Positions 58,409 through 64,000 of a stretch of 64,000 nt of DNA are shown here, one piece after another. The DNA is from Patescibacteria group bacterium (GTDB lineage Bacteria > Patescibacteriota > Minisyncoccia > Phycocordibacterales > SBAW01). The translations under genes and the position numbers were made by a program. The notes below the pieces were generated by a model that was not told the DNA's origin, ran no database searches, and saw nothing but the letters and a program-made list of their open reading frames with translations. Numbering within the stretch: the first letter of the stretch is position 1; every line of letters starts with the position of its first letter. The DNA lies in contig JAGWOD010000001.1 in NCBI GenBank assembly GCA_028871115.1, positions 4,736 through 68,735 of the forward strand, read 5' to 3'.

Positions 58409-59104
58409 TTAGGATCCCGAGGGGATTTTGTTGTTGAAGAATAGAGCGCGTTCTTTTGGGAACAGCCACAGGGCCATGGCGTACACGCTGTAGGAGATGA
58501 AAAAGGCTGAAAGCACATCTATCGTGTAGTGGAGATGACCAAGAAGGACCACCACTCCGAGAATCACTGAAGCAGCCAGGAAGATATAGCGCAGGAGTCT
58601 ATCATGCCAATAGATAAGGGCCATCATGAAGGGGAGGGTAGTGTGTCCTGAGAAGAATTGATCGCCTCCTCCGAAGAACGCGAGCAGTATCTTGCTATGC
58701 ACATCTATTATGACGTGATCAGGGTAGGGCCCAATGTGTGTGAGCGACACAAAAATGGCGCGGACGAAGAATACCAAGCTTAGTGTATAGAGTGTGAAGG
58801 GTGCTCGTTTGGGATGAAGGATACATAGAATAGCGATAAGTAAGACTACTGCAAGCGCCCCGTATACAAAAATATCCTCCACTCCCGTAACGACGGGCAC
58901 ATTGGAGAGAATGATGTCGGTCACTGAGCTGCTTGCTTTCTCGGTCGCATACAGATCGCTGAAGGCGTTGGCGGCAGCGCTCAAGGCAATTGCCACTAGT
59001 GAAAGAAGAATAGAAAAAAATATCTCCCTGTTGGACCAGATTTCTTTGTGACGCTGCCATGCGCGGCTCGACCATCCTTCAGGTACTATAGTCTCCTCCT
59101 GCAT
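58409..59104 (-). CDS. PAP2-superfamily membrane protein with sphingomyelin-synthase-like motifs
   Basis: About 6 TM helices; GGDQFFSGHT and HYTIDV motifs. Confidence 0.8.
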   Translation of the reverse strand: MQEETIVPEGWSSRAWQRHKEIWSNREIFFSILLSLVAIALSAAANAFSDLYATEKASSSVTDIILSNVPVVTGVEDIFVYGALAVVLLIAILCILHPKRAPFTLYTLSLVFFVRAIFVSLTHIGPYPDHVIIDVHSKILLAFFGGGDQFFSGHTTLPFMMALIYWHDRLLRYIFLAASVILGVVVLLGHLHYTIDVLSAFFISYSVYAMALWLFPKERALFFNNKIPSGS

Positions 59105-59129
59105 CTTTGTGAGTATACTACCTCCTCTC

Positions 59130-60353
59130 TCACCCTCGCTTCATTGCCCGCATGAGGATGCTCGCTCCTAGGAATACGAGCAAGAGTCCGAGAGCGTAGA
59201 GATAGAGTCCTCCTGAGAGGATGTTTTTCTCCTGCGTGAAAAAGAAGGTTAGAGAAATAAGAAGGGTGCCTGCTAGCATACGCCAGACCCACAACGACGC
59301 GTCCCGAAAAATCATCGTCGCATAAAAATCCTTTCCGCTTCTTCCCATAGATTCCATGGTATAGAGATCAGTTACGTGAATTGATACGCGCACTACCGGC
59401 CAAGACACTGCTCCCGCAAATCCGTAGAGTATGACTCCGGGAGCACTCAGTAGCGAAGCGAATAGTGCACTCGAGACGGCAAGAAAGGATGTTGATATCC
59501 CAAGAATTTTCAAACGATTCTCCACGGTCCGATATTGTGCGAGCGCAAGAATAAATAGTGCGGAGAACACAGCGAAGGATGTTGCATACAAGCCCACCTG
59601 AATTACTCCTCCGAGAAGAAAGAGGACCACAAGGGGAATGGTGACGGTCGAGACTACCTCCTGCCAGGCAGTTGCGAGGAGGTAAGGCTGTGCAGAGCGA
59701 TTTTTTCGCTCGGTGAGGAAATGTGAGAAATCATGCCATTCAATGGGCGTAGGCCGGTAATTGTTGAGACCTGAGAAACAGAAAAAACCGAACAAGTAGA
59801 AGAGGGGAGTAATAATGAAAAGGAGCGTGAATTGTCCGATATTGAATACCTGCCCGGAAAGCCATAGAAGGAGTGTTGCAAGCGCTGGCCCTAAAATTGC
59901 GACAATGACGGTGCCGGCAGTAAGCAAGGAAGAGTAAAAATCTCGCTCCTCGTTGCGCGTCTCTGATAGTTCGAAAGTGTGAATAGTGAGCCAGAAGAGG
60001 CCGTTACCAAGGCCGTTGACTCCCATGGCGAGATAGGCAAGCGCGGGGGTGTCGCTTTTGAGGAGTACCAAGAGCGTAACCCCCATCAATATGAAGCTCC
60101 AGAAAAATCCGTATTTTATATTGAGCTGCCATCGGGAAGCAAAAAATCCGAGTATACAGAAGGTTACTGCGATTCCCGTGTCGAAGATAAGCGTCGCGAG
60201 AACGTTAAGAGCGAAACTTGAGAACTCCTGATACAAAAAAAGCTGAATAAACACGCTCGTGAGACTTGTCGTGAGGCTGTAAATCCAGAAGAGAAACACG
60301 AGGGAACGTACCGGCAGGCGCAAGCCCCTGAATTGCCTGAATATCTGAGACAT
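59130..60353 (-). CDS. MFS-like transporter
   Basis: 407 aa with about 12 hydrophobic helices. Confidence 0.75.
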   Translation of the reverse strand: MSQIFRQFRGLRLPVRSLVFLFWIYSLTTSLTSVFIQLFLYQEFSSFALNVLATLIFDTGIAVTFCILGFFASRWQLNIKYGFFWSFILMGVTLLVLLKSDTPALAYLAMGVNGLGNGLFWLTIHTFELSETRNEERDFYSSLLTAGTVIVAILGPALATLLLWLSGQVFNIGQFTLLFIITPLFYLFGFFCFSGLNNYRPTPIEWHDFSHFLTERKNRSAQPYLLATAWQEVVSTVTIPLVVLFLLGGVIQVGLYATSFAVFSALFILALAQYRTVENRLKILGISTSFLAVSSALFASLLSAPGVILYGFAGAVSWPVVRVSIHVTDLYTMESMGRSGKDFYATMIFRDASLWVWRMLAGTLLISLTFFFTQEKNILSGGLYLYALGLLLVFLGASILMRAMKRG

Positions 60354-60369
60354 GTCATCATTTTACACC

Positions 60370-61173
60370 GTGAAAGTAAGTATTGTAGTGCCTGCATATA
60401 ACGAAGAGGAGGTACTCGGACCTTGCCTCCAAACCATACGCCATTCGATTGCCGAGGCTTCCCTTGAAGAGAATGACTACGAGATCATCGTCGTAAACAA
60501 CGTTTCGACGGACCGAACCAGGGAGATTGCGAGCGCCACCCCAGGAGTTCGAGTAGTTGATGAGCCTCGCAAGGGACTTACCCGAGCTAAAGAAGCGGGA
60601 TTTAGGGCTGCCCGGGGTGAGCTCATAGCGCATCCCGACGCGGACACTCTCATGCCACCGCATTGGCTATCGTTTGCGCTCTCGGAATTTGAGCGCAGTC
60701 CTCATCTTGTGGCCCTCAGCGGTCCGTACATTTACTACGATGCTACAGGCCTTTCGCGCCTCGTTACTCGCATCTGGCTCACCATGGGGTTTCTTTTTCA
60801 TCTTGTTATACGGGACATTCTTCACAAAGGAGCGATGGTGCAGGGAGGGAACTATATTGCGCGTCGCTCGGCTCTCGAGGCAATTCAAGGATACGATACG
60901 TCTATAGAATTTTATGGCGAGGATTTCGATATCGCGACCCGTCTCCTTAGAGTAGGGAAAGTCAAATGGACCTGGAAGTTCTATATGTATTCCTCAAGCC
61001 GGCGCCTAGCGGCTGAAGGAAGTATTATCACTGGGCTGCGCTATGGAGCGAATAATATTGCTTCAGTTTTTCTCAGGCGTCCTTTGATGCAAACTTATAC
61101 TGATATCCGACCAAAATTGAAGGCTCGTGCCCAGGAGGCGGCAGACACGTTGATAAGAACAGGACGTTTATAG
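60370..61173 (+). CDS. GT2 glycosyltransferase (start GTG 60370 or ATG 60352)
   Basis: VSIVVPAYNEE, NNVSTDRT, DAD, GEDFD and SSRR. Confidence 0.9.
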   Translation: MKVSIVVPAYNEEEVLGPCLQTIRHSIAEASLEENDYEIIVVNNVSTDRTREIASATPGVRVVDEPRKGLTRAKEAGFRAARGELIAHPDADTLMPPHWLSFALSEFERSPHLVALSGPYIYYDATGLSRLVTRIWLTMGFLFHLVIRDILHKGAMVQGGNYIARRSALEAIQGYDTSIEFYGEDFDIATRLLRVGKVKWTWKFYMYSSSRRLAAEGSIITGLRYGANNIASVFLRRPLMQTYTDIRPKLKARAQEAADTLIRTGRL

Positions 61174-61208
61174 CGCCGAGCTCTCAAGCGCGTGGGATCT
61201 GAGGGATA

Positions 61209-61236
61209 TTGACAAATATCTATATTTATGTATAAT
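61209..61236 (+). promoter_or_regulatory. Consensus sigma70 promoter with palindromic spacer
   Basis: TTGACA, 16 nt, TATAAT; contains the inverted repeat AAATAT-ct-ATATTT. Confidence 0.8.
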
Positions 61237-61304
61237 TACCCCCAGAAAAAGCCTTAGAATGAGGAAAAGAACGGGGGACTCCACCCTTAACCCAAGGAGT
61301 CCTC

Positions 61305-62039
61305 ATGCGTTTGTTCAAACATAAGGAAGACGCTTCCAAGCAAAAGCCTCGTCGAATCTTCAAGCTCTCCCGCATCGTGTTGTTGCTCCTCGGCGCCACG
61401 CTCATCATTCAGCATTACTACCTGTCGGCTGAAATGGGTCAGGCGCTCGAGAGCCAGTCACTTAAGGAGGCTATACGAGAGTGTGTGGGGCCAGTGCTTG
61501 CCGGTGAGGCGGGCATTGTTGGTCCCAAGGGCATGGCGCTTGTCGGCAAGACTATCGAGAACCGTGCGGCGCTGCTCAAAGGCGACCTGTTTGCTCGCCT
61601 CTGTCAGGCAGCAAAGGGCGTCCATATGGCGCGTGGCAAGGGGCCTATGCCCGACTACTCAAGCTGGCTCGGACATTCGATCCAGTATGAGCGAGGCGGA
61701 CAGCGTCTCTTGGCCCAGGCCGAGGACGTTGCTGGGAAGGTGTTTAGTGGCGAGTGGGATTTCGGGAACATCAATACTGAGCATCTCACTCATTACAACA
61801 CCTTTACCCCTGCTTCACCACAATGGTGGAGCTTCATGCGGGGCAATCGGGGCATCGATTGCAAGAGTGTCCAAATGCTGCACACGAAGAGTGGAGGTAT
61901 AAGTTTCTTCACCCTTTGTTACAGCGGTTCCACTCCGCACGCCTCTCTGAGATTCTCGCAGACTACCTCCAAGGTGGGGCAGCAGCGAGTGCCACCTCCG
62001 CCACCTCGGAAGCCTCTCTACCATATTGCCAATCGGTAA
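61305..62039 (+). CDS. Membrane-anchored orphan, possible SleB/Hydrolase_2-like cell-wall hydrolase
   Basis: AAGGAG SD; TM; C..VLAGEA..GM.LVG..IENR and THYN resemble Hydrolase_2; Pro-rich tail. Confidence 0.5.
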   Translation: MRLFKHKEDASKQKPRRIFKLSRIVLLLLGATLIIQHYYLSAEMGQALESQSLKEAIRECVGPVLAGEAGIVGPKGMALVGKTIENRAALLKGDLFARLCQAAKGVHMARGKGPMPDYSSWLGHSIQYERGGQRLLAQAEDVAGKVFSGEWDFGNINTEHLTHYNTFTPASPQWWSFMRGNRGIDCKSVQMLHTKSGGISFFTLCYSGSTPHASLRFSQTTSKVGQQRVPPPPPRKPLYHIANR

Positions 62040-62061
62040 CGAAAGTTCTTCGATCTACTCC

Positions 62062-62094
62062 AGAGCCCGCCGCATCCTTGTGGCGGGCTCTTTT
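62062..62094 (+). terminator. Intrinsic terminator
   Basis: AGAGCCCGCC...GGCGGGCTCT followed by TTT. Confidence 0.8.
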
Positions 62095-62158
62095 CTATGT
62101 AGAGTATGGAGCTCTCTAAAGAGCAGAGGCCACCCTTAAAAAGGGTGGCCGATAGGTT

Positions 62159-62383
62159 TTAGAGCCCAATTTTTTGACCGGATTCTTGTGAATCGCGGAA
62201 AAATGGGGCTTCCCACTTCATAGCGGGGTCGATGCTCAGATAGGGAGACTGAGCTGTGGAAAGAGGCTCAGCCTCAAGGGCTTCTTTGCCAAGCCATTCG
62301 GGATGATAGGTTGTAACCCCTGTTTTCACCCCAATGAGGCAAAGGATCGCAAGTAGAACGTATGCAAACGTAAAGTCTTTCAT
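62159..62383 (-). CDS. Small orphan membrane or secreted protein
   Basis: GGGGAG SD-like motif; MKDFTFAYVLLAILCLIGV; hairpin 62128-62150 downstream. Confidence 0.45.
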   Translation of the reverse strand: MKDFTFAYVLLAILCLIGVKTGVTTYHPEWLGKEALEAEPLSTAQSPYLSIDPAMKWEAPFFRDSQESGQKIGL

Positions 62384-62494
62384 CTCATCTCTCCCCTGAG
62401 ATGATAGTTGGAACGGACTTCTAGTTCGGAGCATAGCGCGCTGTCTGCAAAAAGTCATCAGCACACTTGCCTCAGGTGTGCATAAGCGCAAAAA

Positions 62495-62884
62495 TTATTT
62501 TTTCTTCTTTATGCTCTTCTTTGTGGGCTCTTCAAAGCACATTGCTTCGATGTTGTGCCCGTCGGGATCGAAGACAAACGCGGCGTAGTAATCAGGGCTG
62601 TAATCCGGACGCGGTCCCGGCGCACCATTGTCCGTGCCGCCCGCGGCGAGCGCCGCACTGTGAAAATCCTTGACTGCCTTCGCGTTTTTTCCTCGAAACG
62701 CGAGGTGTGTGGGCTCCACACGCTCTTTTTTGACTATCCAAAAGCTTGTATGGCCGCCTTCCTTGAAGCCTCCCGCTGTCCCGTACTCCACGGAGAGGGT
62801 ATACCCGAGAGGTTTGAGGGCCTTTGTATAGAACTCTTTTGAACGGGCGTAGTCCTTAACGTGCAGAGAGAAATGATCCATCAT
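62495..62884 (-). CDS. VOC (glyoxalase/bleomycin-resistance) family protein
   Basis: DHFSLHV..SKEFY..L, HLAF, GGTDNGAPGPRPDY..YYAAFVFDPDGHNIEA. Confidence 0.92.
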   Translation of the reverse strand: MMDHFSLHVKDYARSKEFYTKALKPLGYTLSVEYGTAGGFKEGGHTSFWIVKKERVEPTHLAFRGKNAKAVKDFHSAALAAGGTDNGAPGPRPDYSPDYYAAFVFDPDGHNIEAMCFEEPTKKSIKKKK

Positions 62885-63006
62885 ACGCGTGTTGTGTTAC
62901 CCAATAAGCTCTCAGTATAGGCCTATAACCGCTGTATCTGGGGTGAAGGGAGGAAGAACCTCTTTATGGGTGTACAATAGTGGTATTAGCCTTTAATTAT
63001 CATTCC

Positions 63007-63159
63007 ATGGCAGCAGAAGTAGCTTATTGTGTGAAGTGCAAGGAGAAGCGCGATATGAAGGATCCCAAGGAGATAGTCATGAAAAGCGGCATGAAAGCAA
63101 TGCAGGGAACCTGCAGCGTCTGCGGGACCAAGATGTTTAAAATCCTCGGCAAGAAGTAA
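63007..63159 (+). CDS. 50-aa zinc-ribbon protein (DUF5679-like), absent from the ORF track
   Basis: MAAEVAYCVKCKEKRDMKDPKEIVMKSGMKAMQGTCSVCGTKMFKILGKK; terminator-like hairpin 63180-63210. Confidence 0.85.
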   Translation: MAAEVAYCVKCKEKRDMKDPKEIVMKSGMKAMQGTCSVCGTKMFKILGKK

Positions 63160-63214
63160 CCGCCGCCTCTTCTCTCCTCACACCGCGCCCTTCTCTGGGG
63201 CGCGGTGTTTCGTT

Positions 63215-64000
63215 TTATGAGGGCAGGGAAGTGATAAGAAGGGCGAGTGCCGAGAGCCCCATGAATGCGAAGGTAATCCAGACCAATGTCTTTGAGAGGA
63301 GGCCGCTTTTGAATTCGCCCATGACCTCACTATTTTGTGCGAGGCGCCCGATGATATAGATGAGTGGCACAGCGATGATGCCGTTGATGACGGCCGTGAT
63401 GACAAGTGCGCGTATAGGATCGATGCCAATAAAATTGATAAGAAGCCCCAGTAGTGTTGCGACTGTGATAATGCCGTAGAACCCGTGAGCCCGCCGGAGC
63501 TTGAGATTGAGCCCCTCTCGCCAATTCAGTGTCTCGGCGACAACATAGGATGCCGATGCTGAAAGAACAGGAACGGCGAGGAGCCCTAGGCCAATAATAC
63601 CGATCGCGAAGAAGAACTTCGCGATAGTCCCCGCATAGGGAAAGGTATGCACCAAGGGCTCAAGTGCGCGCGCTGCGTCTGCCGAGGTGGCGACGTTGGT
63701 AATGCCGTTGCCATTGAGAACGGTCGCCGCAACGACAATGATAGACCACGTCGCTATCTGGGAGGAAAGCATCCCGATGAAATTATCGATCCGCATTCGT
63801 CTGAGGTAGCGGGGAGAAGGGGCCGGGACACCTCCGTGGATCATGCGGCGCTCGCGCTCTTCCTCGACTTCCTGGGAAGCTTCCCAGAAGAACATATAGG
63901 GAGAGATGGTGGTTCCGATAACCCCTGTGAGTATAAAGAGGAATGCAGTATTGAATTCAATGTGCGGCACGAATGTGGCTAAGAGTATGCTCCGCCAAGG
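63215..64000 (-). CDS. NRAMP-family divalent metal transporter (5'-partial)
   Basis: GTTISPYMFFWEASQEVEE, AARALEP and GLLAVPVL; frame is open to the window end. Confidence 0.88.
   Translation of the reverse strand, partial: PWRSILLATFVPHIEFNTAFLFILTGVIGTTISPYMFFWEASQEVEEERERRMIHGGVPAPSPRYLRRMRIDNFIGMLSSQIATWSIIVVAATVLNGNGITNVATSADAARALEPLVHTFPYAGTIAKFFFAIGIIGLGLLAVPVLSASASYVVAETLNWREGLNLKLRRAHGFYGIITVATLLGLLINFIGIDPIRALVITAVINGIIAVPLIYIIGRLAQNSEVMGEFKSGLLSKTLVWITFAFMGLSALALLITSLPS

Noticed and set aside
62477-62485. DnaA box TGTGCATAA
   Set aside because: A single isolated match, expected by chance.
1-64000. Alternative genetic code (UGA=Gly, as in Gracilibacteria/Absconditabacteria)
   Set aside because: Conserved genes read full-length in code 11 and several end at TGA (pheT, rpsP, trmD, truB).

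Overview
Chromosomal window from a Patescibacteria (CPR) bacterium, most likely Parcubacteria/Paceibacteria. This assignment is inferred from gene content, streamlined proteins and gene order. The genetic code is standard. Most of the window is housekeeping: fba, rplY, rpmE, prfA, rpsB, tsf, tRNA-Thr(TGT), pheST, gyrB, thrS, dnaE, rnhB, rpmF, nusB, rnc, smc, rnr, rpsP, khpA, trmD, rpoB/rpoC, dnaG, rpoD, hisS, truB and nrdAB. Between these lie a sortase/surface-protein island, several self-contained orphan genes, a mannoside (GH130/PMM/MPI) operon and envelope genes. Main highlights: (1) a single in-frame RpoB-RpoC fusion of 2280 aa; (2) an SMC that appears to lack the hinge; (3) NusB fused to an intact Nudix hydrolase next to rnc; (4) a Chlamydia-type class Ic (Mn/Fe) ribonucleotide reductase; (5) two expression styles, with many core genes having a -10 box 6-9 nt before the ATG and no Shine-Dalgarno (leaderless) while orphan genes carry SD-like motifs and often their own promoter and terminator; (6) a sortase locus with a VPYTG-tailed repeat protein and a highly structured intergenic region; (7) DnaE with degenerate PHP ligands plus a stand-alone DEDDy exonuclease with a clamp-motif-like tail; (8) a ThrRS without its editing domain. 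No CRISPR array, transposase, integrase, prophage or rRNA was seen. All family calls come from motif recognition by eye, not database searches.
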